From a virus (Duplodnaviria > Caudoviricetes), in the IMG/VR virus record IMGVR_UViG_3300010362_000022, positions 1-50,478 of that record: a DNA stretch of 50,478 bases, one strand, 5' to 3'. This document shows, piece after piece, positions 33,701 through 42,964 of the stretch. A program made the translations under genes and the position numbers. The notes under the pieces were generated by a model. That model worked only from the letters and a program-made list of their open reading frames with translations, had not been told where the DNA came from and ran no database searches. Each line of letters begins with the position of its first letter. Within the stretch, counting starts at the first letter, position 1.

Positions 33701-36394
33701 CATGCCTTTACCGATCGTCTTCAAATCCATCCCGCCGAATTTCTCTACTGCATTAGCTAGGATTCTCAGACCAACCGCTACTGCGATCAAACCTGCACCA
33801 GCCAAAGCCATACCTGGTGGCATCAGCTTCATGCCGAGGATCATGATTCCCAAGCCAACGGCAACTGCACCCAATCCCTTACCGAGCTCGGTCAAACTCA
33901 GACCAGCCATTTGTCGCACGGCAAGCGCAAGCAGATTCAAAGCAATCGCGATAGCTGTGATACCGATACCGGCCTTGATCATTCCAGCTGAATTGGCAGA
34001 TAGCGGTCCAACGGCAAGGACAATCGTGCCCAGTAGAGCCGCGACTCCAACAAGACCCTTGAGCAAATCTTCCCAACTGAGACGACTAAGAATAACGACT
34101 GCAACCGAGAGCGCAGTGATTGCTCCAGCGAGAATAATCAACGATGCGGAGATAACGGGCATCTTGATAAAGCCCATGCTCTTACTGACATTGCCGAGAA
34201 TCGCCATCGCTCCCAATAACTGACCGAAGGCGACTGTCATCGCTGTTAGCGAAGATTGCAACCGCTTTGGATCGACGAATGAGAGTGCCAAAACGGAGGC
34301 AGCAAGAATGCCAACCGCAATCGCAATCTCTTTCAACGTCTTTGCCTTGATGTTCTGCTGCAAGGCAACCATCGAACCTTGAAGCGCTTTGAACGTACCC
34401 GAGATGTTCTCGAGAATACCGCCGCCGAATCCTTTGGTGATCTGATCGATAGCCGAGCCCTTACCCAAGAATTGCTTGAACATCAAGACAAGTCCACCCA
34501 GGAAACCCGTTCGGATCACCGAGAGAATCGCCTCGAAGTTCATGTTCGCAGCAGCTTCGCCAATTGCCGTACCGAGACCGCTGATCAAATCAAGAATTGC
34601 ATCGAACGCTGGTCCCAGAGCTCGTGCTACATCTTGGAACTTGATCAACAGTGCGTTCCAACTCTTGGCGAGGTTATTCACGAAGGCCTGCAGTGGACTC
34701 ATCGATTCGCCCAGACCTGCCATTGATTTGGCTAGATCTCCAGGCAGTGCTCCGCTGAACAAACTTACCAATGAACCGGACAGCGTTTTGACCATCTCGG
34801 CAGGCACAGCCAGAATATCGGCCAATCGATCAAAGAATTGCTGAATATAATTGCCCTTTTTCAGCATCTTGTCGATTGCGACCAGAAAATCGCCGATATT
34901 ACCGGTGAAATTCAGGAAACCGCCCGTATTATCGGTGACAATTCCGAGCAAGCGGGTAAAGACGCTGAATATCCCACTCAAAACTTGCTTGCCGATGTCC
35001 ATGAGCGCAAAGAGCCCGGAAAAAGTGCGCTTCAAATTTTCAACGGTAGTAGGAGTAGGCTTCAATGCATCCGCGAATTCTTTGAATCGGACTGTCAAGT
35101 CATAGAGGTTCTTACCCGTCACGGCTGGGAACATGTCCCGGAACGCTTCCTTGATCGGCGCTACGACCATGCCTAAATTATGAAAAGCTGTTCTGATCGC
35201 ATCGATCAAGACAGTACGCCCACCCAAAGCCTTCCAATCGCCCAAGACTTTGTTACGAGCATCTGCCGAGGCCTTGATGAAGCCGTTGATCGCATTGGAG
35301 ACGTTGGTGAAAAGTACTTTTGCTTCGCCGAAGTCACCAAATATGATCTGCCAAGTCTGCGCCCAGCCTGAACCGGCCGTTTCCTTGGCTGTGTCTAAGA
35401 CTCCCTGAAGGGTTTTGACCTCAGTCGCGGCTTTCATCGCCGTATTGGCGGTCTGCTGAATCGCCTTGATCTGAGCGTCGTTGAATCCTTGTGCTTTGAG
35501 CTCGGCTTTAGTCAAATCGCCTGTAAATTGGGCGAGTGTGGCTGTTAGAACATCAGAAGTAAGCCATGATTTCTCACCCGGCTTGGCTGAGACTGAATTT
35601 CGGAACGATTCACCATGAATAGTGACGTTCTTCATACTGCCGGTAAGCTTCAGTGCCCCTTCGTCCAGTTTGCCCATTGCAACTGCAGTTTGTGCTAGGG
35701 CGCGCTGGAAAACAGTACCGCCCATACCTGCATTGACAACCGAGTTCCAGTCTTGCAAGCTGACACGACCGGCCGAGATCGCCTGTGAAAGCTGGTACAT
35801 CGCTGTCGAGGCTTGCTCGGCGTTCGAACCTGAAAGTGCGGCCAAGTTGGCAATACCTTTAATGGCATCTGTAGCTGTATCCAGATCGACACCTGCTGCC
35901 GTAAAGGTACCGATGTTCTTTGCCATCTGGCTGAAATTGTAAATCGTCTTGTCCGAGTAGTCGTTCAGCTCTTTGAGGGCTTTATTGACATCAGCCAGCT
36001 TGGTCCCAGCGGCTGCCGTGTTGGCCAAGATTGTCTGGACGGCATTCAGATTGGTCGTATACTCGGTGAAACCCGCTTTGACTGGATCGAGCGTGAATGC
36101 TTTGGCAAAGCGAAGCCCAGTATCGACCGCCATGTTGGCAAGATGGGTCAGAACACCGATCCCAACTAGCCTCAACGTTCCGAGAGCATTCTTGACCGAC
36201 TCAATGCCTCTTTGAATGAAGCCAAGGTCGACTCTCTTGGCCGAAGCATTGAGATCATCCAAACCCTTGCCTGCGCTTGGGAAGTGAAGAGCCGCTTTTA
36301 GCTTCTCCAGAGCACTAATCGCGCTATTGACGCCTTGTTCGAACTTACTCGACTCGAAACTCATTGCAACGACTTTGTCGTCGATAGTCGCCAT
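30743..36394 (-). CDS. Tape measure protein
   Basis: 1883 aa, Ala/Gly/Leu-rich helical repeats, LN.Y.DKTIYNF..M..NIG.FTAAG tape-measure domain. Confidence 0.95.
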   Translation of the reverse strand: MATIDDKVVAMSFESSKFEQGVNSAISALEKLKAALHFPSAGKGLDDLNASAKRVDLGFIQRGIESVKNALGTLRLVGIGVLTHLANMAVDTGLRFAKAFTLDPVKAGFTEYTTNLNAVQTILANTAAAGTKLADVNKALKELNDYSDKTIYNFSQMAKNIGTFTAAGVDLDTATDAIKGIANLAALSGSNAEQASTAMYQLSQAISAGRVSLQDWNSVVNAGMGGTVFQRALAQTAVAMGKLDEGALKLTGSMKNVTIHGESFRNSVSAKPGEKSWLTSDVLTATLAQFTGDLTKAELKAQGFNDAQIKAIQQTANTAMKAATEVKTLQGVLDTAKETAGSGWAQTWQIIFGDFGEAKVLFTNVSNAINGFIKASADARNKVLGDWKALGGRTVLIDAIRTAFHNLGMVVAPIKEAFRDMFPAVTGKNLYDLTVRFKEFADALKPTPTTVENLKRTFSGLFALMDIGKQVLSGIFSVFTRLLGIVTDNTGGFLNFTGNIGDFLVAIDKMLKKGNYIQQFFDRLADILAVPAEMVKTLSGSLVSLFSGALPGDLAKSMAGLGESMSPLQAFVNNLAKSWNALLIKFQDVARALGPAFDAILDLISGLGTAIGEAAANMNFEAILSVIRTGFLGGLVLMFKQFLGKGSAIDQITKGFGGGILENISGTFKALQGSMVALQQNIKAKTLKEIAIAVGILAASVLALSFVDPKRLQSSLTAMTVAFGQLLGAMAILGNVSKSMGFIKMPVISASLIILAGAITALSVAVVILSRLSWEDLLKGLVGVAALLGTIVLAVGPLSANSAGMIKAGIGITAIAIALNLLALAVRQMAGLSLTELGKGLGAVAVGLGIMILGMKLMPPGMALAGAGLIAVAVGLRILANAVEKFGGMDLKTIGKGMAAVAAGLIIIGLAMRLMPANMVVTAAGLLIVSLSLGRIAAAIERMGGLSVREIAKGLGTLAGALILLAGALYVMQGALGGAAALGIAAAGLALLAPALVAMGRQSWESIIKGLVGLGAALAILGIAGAVLGPTIPALIGLGAALVLIGGGLALAGAGIFLISTGLSALVVAAPTGVGVILAAFVELQEGIIKNAKLMILGVLEIVKALADTAPMFVDAIVKILNSLLDAIVAASPKIGEAFDALITLVIGVLNRNQGRIIQAGFDLLVALLQGIKNNIPQLVTLVADIIAKFLSGIANNLGKIIQAGSQILISLVKGIAQHYADVVTAVLDIIAKFLGTIASNLGKVATAGLSILTKLLEAIAGGIGKVIKMGVDIVVAFINGIGDAGPRIIAAGVNAIIKFINALSSNSVKLVDAGMKAVINFLNGIANAIDANAGQMRAAGMRVGIAIIDGMTGGLVSKAGELYGKIESVMNKAVGLLHKIPGVKSPSTVTYNIGEMMVAGLVEGMDANADDVYSSAEAMSNGTINAFKNVFQITSPSKVMHEIGQAVGQGFAQGLKGSGEDIKNAFTDLNGKLTDAMVAARETIAKEEDKLAELRKAKKPDANAIREAQKIIDENEAILARSTAGHIALTKTLADEKKELIGLTADYDKISEKLNTAQDALANAMKTRDDAVRNFAAKYGALPEIVTEDAEGHAVDQLATYMGALKHEADAVAAYHSTLQQLRQLGLDDATYQKLLDEGTMDQAFADQLLAGGKTAVDALNVLDKNLMKVSATLAKNAGNNLYQAGVDAAAGLVKGLKSKRSDIRQEMEEIAREILTTLKKELKIKSPSEAFAEIGVSSMEGMAKGIEDSSKGVTDAVDTAAKDALTQMERSMRGMSEAVASELNTEPVITPILDLTQVRDQARELSTLTAVTPITAAASYGQASIISSQQAAQTEQATVIAGQAPVIFEQNNYSPQALTEIEIYRQTKNQLSQLKSVLAIT

Positions 36395-36771
36395 TAGACT
36401 CTATTCACCTCCCTCATCGCCTCAGCTAGGATCTGATCGAATATAGGTCGAATTGCAGGCATAATATAATCTCGGCCTTGCACATAGCCTCCTGTGCCAG
36501 TACCGTGACCATATTGAATCATCACTGCGACGTGAAAACCGTCTTCAATATCTGAATTGTGCCAGCGAATCGAGTAATATCCTGGTCGTTGCACGATTGA
36601 GTACGACCATGACGCTGCCGCTAAGCCGGAATCCGCAGGTGTGGCGTTGGAAAGCGCATTCACCCCCAATGATCCGTACTTACTCAGCGTTGCAAACCGA
36701 TCTGCATCCTTCATGCGACTCAAATATCGCTCGGTATTGCTGAACGAGCCTTTTTGCGTGATAGTAATCAT
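36394..36771 (-). CDS. Neck / tail-completion protein (HK97 gp10-like)
   Basis: ATP.DSG....W, IQYGHGT..GGYVQGRDYI.PA motifs. Confidence 0.65.
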   Translation of the reverse strand: MITITQKGSFSNTERYLSRMKDADRFATLSKYGSLGVNALSNATPADSGLAAASWSYSIVQRPGYYSIRWHNSDIEDGFHVAVMIQYGHGTGTGGYVQGRDYIMPAIRPIFDQILAEAMREVNRV

Positions 36772-36775
36772 CTGA

Positions 36776-37654
36776 TTACTCTGCAGTGAGACGAATGATT
36801 ACGACCCCAGGATCACCAACTGCTCGTGCACCTTTGGACTGCCCATATACTGTCGGGAGACTATTCAATGGAGCGGCTTTAGCCCCACTTGCACCTCCAG
36901 GTATGACGTTTTGCGATCCGCTAGATCCGTCATTATGCGGAGTATCTCCGGGGCCATAGACGGCCGTGTTACCAGGATTATACGAACCACGTCCTCCGGA
37001 TGTAGCAGCGTTGCAGGTAGTTCCTCCGGAGCCATATTTACCCACTCCACCGGCTCCACCTCCTCCGCCCTTACCTACGTTGGAGAAGAACGTACCATCC
37101 TGACCAGCTGTACCAGGAGTTCCTGGACCAGTTGCAGTTGGAGTCCCTGCGACACCTCCGGTTCCACCACCGCCAGCAATCGTGCGATTCCCAATTCCAC
37201 CATCACCACCATCGGCCAAAGTGGCAACAGTCAAGGAATTTTGGGTAACTCGCTTACCACCCTTACCCCCAGAAGCTTTACACGTGGGATCGTTAAACGA
37301 TGAATAACCTCCATCACCGCCATTAGTAGTAGAAGCGGGATTGCTAGCATGTTCAGTTCCCAAAGCACCACCAACACCAACAACAACTGGAACAAGACTC
37401 GGTAGCGCGGATAAGAGGCCTTGAACTCGATGAAACCCACCACCTCCACCTGCTCCACCATAACTCCTCACTAGAGTACCCGTATTTGCAGTATCAATCC
37501 CACCACCCATACCGCCACCCGCACCGATACAAATTACGTCGAAATGGGTATAGCCGAGATTAATATACTGCGCTACATCAAAATTTCCATTGGCGGTAAT
37601 CTTGATAACTACTGGATCAGGATGAACTAGACTTCCAGCGAGTTCCATTCTCAT
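36776..37654 (-). CDS. Glycine-rich minor tail protein
   Basis: CIGAGGG, GGGGG, VVVGVGG, G.VIIR glycine-rich domain. Confidence 0.75.
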   Translation of the reverse strand: MRMELAGSLVHPDPVVIKITANGNFDVAQYINLGYTHFDVICIGAGGGMGGGIDTANTGTLVRSYGGAGGGGGFHRVQGLLSALPSLVPVVVGVGGALGTEHASNPASTTNGGDGGYSSFNDPTCKASGGKGGKRVTQNSLTVATLADGGDGGIGNRTIAGGGGTGGVAGTPTATGPGTPGTAGQDGTFFSNVGKGGGGGAGGVGKYGSGGTTCNAATSGGRGSYNPGNTAVYGPGDTPHNDGSSGSQNVIPGGASGAKAAPLNSLPTVYGQSKGARAVGDPGVVIIRLTAE

Positions 37655-37655
37655 T

Positions 37656-38450
37656 TTAATCGTCCAACTTTACGATATACGGCACCATCACGGTCGGCTG
37701 AACGTTCTCGTGTCCACCTCCGCCACCATTGTTCTGAATCGTGACACCTGTAGCGGCTGCATAAATCCCGATTCCAGTACCGGCTGCTCCCGAGGAAATA
37801 TCCCAAGTCTGACCACCGAGTGAATACGGAGTACTACCCGGAGTAAGGCTGTGAACATCGCGAGACAACGGATGTGAGTGTCCAGGATCATAAATATTAT
37901 GTGCGTGAGTCGGATCGCTGACACCGTGCGCGTGCGCAGGCATCTCGGCAACGGTAACGATATGTGTTTCCTCGCCGGTTCGAGCTGCAATCGTAATTGC
38001 TACTGCTCGTGTCATTCTGTTCGCGCGTGAACCTCCTGGCATTGCATCCATACCAGCCGCAACAAGGCCGCGAAGATCAGGTACCCGGAAATTACTCGCA
38101 CCAGGATCGCTAGCGCCAGCAAAAGTACGCCACTGGGTTGCGATATTGGCGGCTGCTTTGGGATAGGTCGCAACGACATAGACTGCTCCATCTGCCCACA
38201 CCCATTTACCGTATTGAGCTTGAGCTGGAAGCGCGCTCCCCGGCCAAAGTCGAACTTCTCCGGGAATCAAACCTCCAGCAGGACCAGGTGGACCCGCCGG
38301 GCCCGTTGGACCAAGAACGGGACCTGCATCAATCGTATTTCCATCGTGTTTGGTAAGAATTAGATTGCCACCAACAATTTCACCATCAACAACCGACGCG
38401 CCTTCAATTGCCAACATCCTATCGGCGGTAAGACCAGTAACTGTAGCCAT
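37656..38450 (-). CDS. Tail fibre with collar domain
   Basis: MATVTGLTADRM N-terminus, short collagen stretch, FRVPDLRG, HxH repeats. Confidence 0.8.
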   Translation of the reverse strand: MATVTGLTADRMLAIEGASVVDGEIVGGNLILTKHDGNTIDAGPVLGPTGPAGPPGPAGGLIPGEVRLWPGSALPAQAQYGKWVWADGAVYVVATYPKAAANIATQWRTFAGASDPGASNFRVPDLRGLVAAGMDAMPGGSRANRMTRAVAITIAARTGEETHIVTVAEMPAHAHGVSDPTHAHNIYDPGHSHPLSRDVHSLTPGSTPYSLGGQTWDISSGAAGTGIGIYAAATGVTIQNNGGGGGHENVQPTVMVPYIVKLDD

Positions 38451-38459
38451 TTCACCTCC

Positions 38460-39272
38460 TTAATCTTGTTCGCCGATGTTTGTGGATGAAATTTGATAAG
38501 TATCCGGATCCAAATATGTAACATCTGCGCCGTCAATTTGGAAAGTCGTCGCATCGATCATGTTAATATAAGTATCCGATTCATCAATTGCTGCCCAAGT
38601 GCCATCTCCATAATCGACGATCAGAAGGGCGCCACGATAACCGAAATATTCACCGATTTCCGTAATTGAAGGAAGGCTGGGATTGCTGGTAGCCGTTCCA
38701 TAGAGCTTATCTTCGACAATTTTCAAGATTTCTTCCGGCGTAGTTGTTGAATCGATCGAAATGTGAACCGTGGGTCTCAACTTGTCGATCTTTGGTGGCG
38801 TTCCAGTCAAATTCCAAGTAAATTCAACCGGTGAAACTCCCGAATCGGTCAAAGATGCATACGATTGTCCTTCGGGATTGGCAATAATATTGTATAGAAT
38901 GTGAATTTTGTATCCATAACTCATACCTTCGATGTCGTTGCCGATTTGAGTTCGATAAGACAAGTTGAAACTTTTTGCAGGTTGATCGTGATAGGTCAAT
39001 CCTGAGGCAACAACGGCAATTCCAGCAACCGCTTCGAACTCATCGGGATAGGTAAACGCTTTCAGCTTCGCTGCGAAATCATTCGGAGACAAATTCTCCA
39101 AGTATTTCACACCATCAAGATAAAATGATTTCAATTCCGAATTCGAAGCCTCTTCGACTCCAGTCAGCCCATTCCAAACCGCTACTGTGCCATCATGCAG
39201 ATAGAGAACTCCATGATCAACACCAGCACGATAAATTCGTTCACCAACTTGATCCCAAACTAGAGTTGCCAC
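38460..39272 (-). CDS. Major tail protein paralog 2
   Basis: L.WDQVGER.Y..GVDHGVLY...WNGLT; similar to 39868..40524. Confidence 0.8.
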   Translation of the reverse strand: MATLVWDQVGERIYRAGVDHGVLYLHDGTVAVWNGLTGVEEASNSELKSFYLDGVKYLENLSPNDFAAKLKAFTYPDEFEAVAGIAVVASGLTYHDQPAKSFNLSYRTQIGNDIEGMSYGYKIHILYNIIANPEGQSYASLTDSGVSPVEFTWNLTGTPPKIDKLRPTVHISIDSTTTPEEILKIVEDKLYGTATSNPSLPSITEIGEYFGYRGALLIVDYGDGTWAAIDESDTYINMIDATTFQIDGADVTYLDPDTYQISSTNIGEQD

Positions 39273-39284
39273 GTCACCTCCTCT

Positions 39285-39827
39285 CTAACCCTTGGTACCC
39301 AGTTGCGCTCTACGTTGCGCATTGAGTTCACGATTGCGAGCGGCAAGTTCAGCACGACTCATCTTCTGCGGCTTTGCCTGCTTGATGTTGCAGACTCGAA
39401 TCAGAGTGAACAATCGATTCAAATGCCAATTCTCACACTCGAATGGGATTTGAAACGTGATCATCCAATAGTAGACGAGCTCCGCTGTAATTACATCTCG
39501 ACTTCGTGGTGCACCCGGAGGTTCATTGAACCAAGTAGCTGTCATCTTGGCGTCAATATAGCTATTAATCGCCGTGACATTGTCTTCAGAAAGTTTGAGA
39601 AAAACTTGTTCGGGAACATTGGGAGTCAAAGTCATTGCCTTGATATAACCGATAATCTCTTCACTGGTTTTCTCGTCCTTACCCAGAAAAGGCTTCTCGT
39701 AAATTGACTCCCATTTTGACAGTGAGACCAGAGAATGCTCGAGTTCCAAAGTTACGTCGTCTTTAGTGACGAACTCTTGAGACTGTTCGTCGAACATCTC
39801 GACTCCTGGAACAACGATAGTGAGCAT
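39285..39827 (-). CDS. Putative tail assembly chaperone
   Basis: [13 protein letters not shown]...ELVYYWM...WHLNRL; position between the tail tube genes. Confidence 0.6.
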   Translation of the reverse strand: MLTIVVPGVEMFDEQSQEFVTKDDVTLELEHSLVSLSKWESIYEKPFLGKDEKTSEEIIGYIKAMTLTPNVPEQVFLKLSEDNVTAINSYIDAKMTATWFNEPPGAPRSRDVITAELVYYWMITFQIPFECENWHLNRLFTLIRVCNIKQAKPQKMSRAELAARNRELNAQRRAQLGTKG

Positions 39828-39867
39828 TCTCCAGCCTCCTGTCTAAAAAGCTCATTATCCCTCGAGA

Positions 39868-40524
39868 TTAGGGCCCGGCAAATAGAGCAATGACGGCGTC
39901 CGGAGTCGGAAGCGCTGCCTCAGTAGCACCATTGCCGTAGAGAAGAGCCTCGAGTGAGGCAAGATCGGCACTATCCACCACAGTCGAGTCCACCACGATC
40001 AGGGAGGTAGGCTTATACCCGGTGACCGGCACCGGCGAGGTGGTCACTTCCCAACTGAACGCAATCGCCTCCGGCGAATCGTTGATCGTGGCATAGGCTT
40101 TCTCCGACGGAGCGGCCTGAGCGCCATAAATCAGATGCAGCTTGTAGCCGAACTCCGTCCCGTCGACGTCGTTACCGACTCGAGTCCGGTAGCTCAGCCC
40201 AAACATCTTCCGGCCCTGCTGCCCAACGGCTACACCCGGCTCGGGAACAGCAGTACCGTCGCACTGTGCAAACTCTTCCGGATAGGTAAATGCCTCGACG
40301 GTCGCGCCAAACTCCTCAGCCGAAATCAGATTCAGGTACTTGATATTATCGGCATACTGCGCAGTAGGTTCGGCACCCGACGGTGATTCGGTAACAGTCG
40401 TGAGACCATTCCAGGCGTAGCCTTTATTGTAGACACCGGCTGCGTCTGGAATGTAGAGAACTCCATGATCTACACCGGTCTCGTACAATCTCTCGCCAAC
40501 CTGGTCCCAAGTCAAAGGGGCCAT
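39868..40524 (-). CDS. Major tail protein
   Basis: WDQVGERLYETGVDHGVLY, YADNIKYL, EAFTYP motifs. Confidence 0.85.
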   Translation of the reverse strand: MAPLTWDQVGERLYETGVDHGVLYIPDAAGVYNKGYAWNGLTTVTESPSGAEPTAQYADNIKYLNLISAEEFGATVEAFTYPEEFAQCDGTAVPEPGVAVGQQGRKMFGLSYRTRVGNDVDGTEFGYKLHLIYGAQAAPSEKAYATINDSPEAIAFSWEVTTSPVPVTGYKPTSLIVVDSTVVDSADLASLEALLYGNGATEAALPTPDAVIALFAGP

Positions 40525-40538
40525 TTGCTTCCTTTCCC

Positions 40539-40838
40539 TTAGAAGTATACGTTAAAAACATCATGATTTAGATTATCAGCTGTATAAAAGCGATTAAACA
40601 AACTCAGCGGCATTGACGCCACCTTAGCCGGGATTTCACTGTCCGGATTCGGGTCAATGACCATAACCATGTATCTCAACGTATGATTGTAAGGCTTGTC
40701 GTCCGCAAATTTCGTCTCAGCCCAGTCACGATGATAGATGATACAAGGATACTTCAATTGAATATTGGTCGGCGGCTGAAAATAGACATTCTCTGCAAAC
40801 GTTTCAAGGAGTTGGTGTAACTCCAGGCGTTGGCCCAT
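40539..40838 (-). CDS. Tail terminator
   Basis: NVYFQPP...YPCIIY; position. Confidence 0.7.
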   Translation of the reverse strand: MGQRLELHQLLETFAENVYFQPPTNIQLKYPCIIYHRDWAETKFADDKPYNHTLRYMVMVIDPNPDSEIPAKVASMPLSLFNRFYTADNLNHDVFNVYF

Positions 40839-41145
40839 TGTACACCTCCCCTAATCTAAGAATCAGACGAGGGCTTTGCACTTCGACGCTCGAAATCGTC
40901 CACAAAGCCCCCGCCCATTCCACGTACTTGATCTTGAAGAAGTGCTCATTGGCATACGCATCAGCCACAATGCTGATTGAATTCTGCACATTGAGATCGA
41001 AGTTGAGATTCTCACCTTCACGCAGATTTCTCGCATTGCGAATAACGTCCCCGGTATAAGAATGCTCAACGATCGTATCTACCCATACGCCTGGAGCTTG
41101 TTCTTCAGTTTCACCATAACCAATACGACCGTGGAACCTCGTCAT
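40804..41145 (-). CDS. Head closure / stopper protein
   Basis: PGVW...ISIVAD.YA...W.I.SVE...PRLIL; follows the capsid gene. Confidence 0.7.
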   Translation of the reverse strand: MTRFHGRIGYGETEEQAPGVWVDTIVEHSYTGDVIRNARNLREGENLNFDLNVQNSISIVADAYANEHFFKIKYVEWAGALWTISSVEVQSPRLILRLGEVYNGPTPGVTPTP

Positions 41146-41164
41146 GAGGTACCTACCTTTTACT

Positions 41165-42964
41165 TTACGGACCGGCGGCAGCCCTAGTGAAGACCACCGC
41201 GGAGCGGATCTTGGTCAGAGCACCGGAGACGCGAGTCTCGTACAGGTACTTGTACTGGTTGTAGTCGATGTCGAAGTCGTCGAAGAAGTTGATCTCTCCG
41301 CCCTTGTCAGCACCAATCGTGTAGTCCTTCAGATTGACGACGATACCAAGCAGATCGGTCTCCGCTTCCATCACTTCGACCACGACGATCTCGGAAACGC
41401 CCAGCTCCTGCGCGAGTTCCGCGACACCACGATACATGCGCCGTCCCGTCGTGTCACGAGCAAGCAACATCGTCGTCAAAAACGGCCGGGTCGTGTACAG
41501 AGACGGTGCTCCCGAACCCTTGTAGACACCCATGTTTGTAACGAAGGCATCAACAACGTCATTCGGATCAGCATCGGCATCCACTTCGACCTTGGCGGCA
41601 TAAAGGTCATGATCGAGCAAAATCGAACGAATACCGGAACCCTCGGCAGCTGCTGCCGGATCCTTGATCTTGTCCGCGCTAGCGACATTGCGACCATCGC
41701 CGATCAGAACTGCACGGGCGAGCTCCTCGTCGAGCATCAGACGCATCTCGGCCTTGAGCCAGGCCACAACGTCGAAGTCGGTGATATCGACGATGTCGTC
41801 ACGATCGAGCTGCTGCTTCTTGTAGACCGTGGTCGGGGTCGTGACCCGCTTGGTCAATCCGAAGAACTCCTCCTTCTTCAGATTTCCCTTCACATAACCC
41901 AGAGCACGTGCCTCTTCGACCGTGATGTCAGCGACGAGTGACTTGATGCGAGAGAACGGTGAGTGCCTGGTGCCGTTAATGACACCCGAGACCCATTCGA
42001 CACGCCGCTGATCGAACTCGGGCGTGTTCGTGATCGAGCGAGCATCCGGGAAGAGCAGCTCGATGTTGTCGATACCATGCCGAAGAGCATACGCCTCGAC
42101 GGCATCCTTCAGCGATCCAGACTTTTGAGCATCGGTAACGATCTCCCGCATCGCATCATGCGTGAGAGTTGGCTTCTCCTCCACTTTCGTGCCTTCGTCA
42201 CGCTGCTCGAAGACGTTGCGGGTCATTCGCCGTCCTTCCTCTTCATTAGTTTCATCATGGTGGACGAGTTCCGACTCAGAGTTCTCTTCAACCTTCGTAT
42301 CTTCAACTTCGGTTTCGTCTTCCTTGTCGGAATGGGCCGCTGCCCCCTTAAGAGTCTCGCCTGCGGTCTCAAGGGCGGCACCAATCATGTAATGAACGAC
42401 TTCCTTTTGCTCCTCAGTCATCGAGTCATAGACTTCCTGAACAGTCGGAGCATTCTCATCTTCACTATCTGAACTCGACGACTCTGCATCGGCATGAACA
42501 AGTTCCAGACCGGTGTAGATAACGGCTTCGTCTTCCAACGTAACCATATCGCCGTCAGCATGAGCGAGTGTAATATTGTCGATCAGTGCACCAGGATTGG
42601 CTCCCGATAGAACAAGGCTCAGCTCACGAATAAAACCGTGCAGAACCTGCTTCGCTTTCTCGGTGAGTCCATTGGCATAGATCGACAATGACTTGATGTC
42701 TCCATGCTGTACCAGCACCTTGGCGTTCTTTGCCTGCTCGGTCTCGTTGAAGAAACCGTAGGCATAAACACCGTCTTCACGATGTTCAAGAGTGGCATAG
42801 CCAAGCACGTTGCTGGGCTCATTATGGCCGTGCTGCCAAACCAACGGAACAGTTTCCTTATCTTGATGCTTGAAAGCATCTGGCATGATCGTCCGGCCAT
42901 CCGAGCATCTAAGACCAGCCTTCGTGGCATAGCCGCTAAAGTCAGGCTTAGCCTCTGCTCCCAT
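41165..42964 (-). CDS. Prohead protease-major capsid fusion (HK97 fold)
   Basis: N-terminal DFSGYAT...LVWQH.H...LSI...ELSLV..GANP protease, acidic linker, C-terminal capsid (EELARAVLIGDG, FDDFDID.N...YL.ETR). Confidence 0.9.
   Translation of the reverse strand: MGAEAKPDFSGYATKAGLRCSDGRTIMPDAFKHQDKETVPLVWQHGHNEPSNVLGYATLEHREDGVYAYGFFNETEQAKNAKVLVQHGDIKSLSIYANGLTEKAKQVLHGFIRELSLVLSGANPGALIDNITLAHADGDMVTLEDEAVIYTGLELVHADAESSSSDSEDENAPTVQEVYDSMTEEQKEVVHYMIGAALETAGETLKGAAAHSDKEDETEVEDTKVEENSESELVHHDETNEEEGRRMTRNVFEQRDEGTKVEEKPTLTHDAMREIVTDAQKSGSLKDAVEAYALRHGIDNIELLFPDARSITNTPEFDQRRVEWVSGVINGTRHSPFSRIKSLVADITVEEARALGYVKGNLKKEEFFGLTKRVTTPTTVYKKQQLDRDDIVDITDFDVVAWLKAEMRLMLDEELARAVLIGDGRNVASADKIKDPAAAAEGSGIRSILLDHDLYAAKVEVDADADPNDVVDAFVTNMGVYKGSGAPSLYTTRPFLTTMLLARDTTGRRMYRGVAELAQELGVSEIVVVEVMEAETDLLGIVVNLKDYTIGADKGGEINFFDDFDIDYNQYKYLYETRVSGALTKIRSAVVFTRAAAGP

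Noticed and set aside
30791-36215. Plus-strand ORFs such as 32937..34223 (428 aa)
   Set aside because: Antisense shadows of the tape measure; the same applies to the other plus-strand ORFs in the track
36394-39827. Programmed frameshift tail chaperone pair
   Set aside because: No overlapping ORF pair or clear slippery site seen upstream of the tape measure
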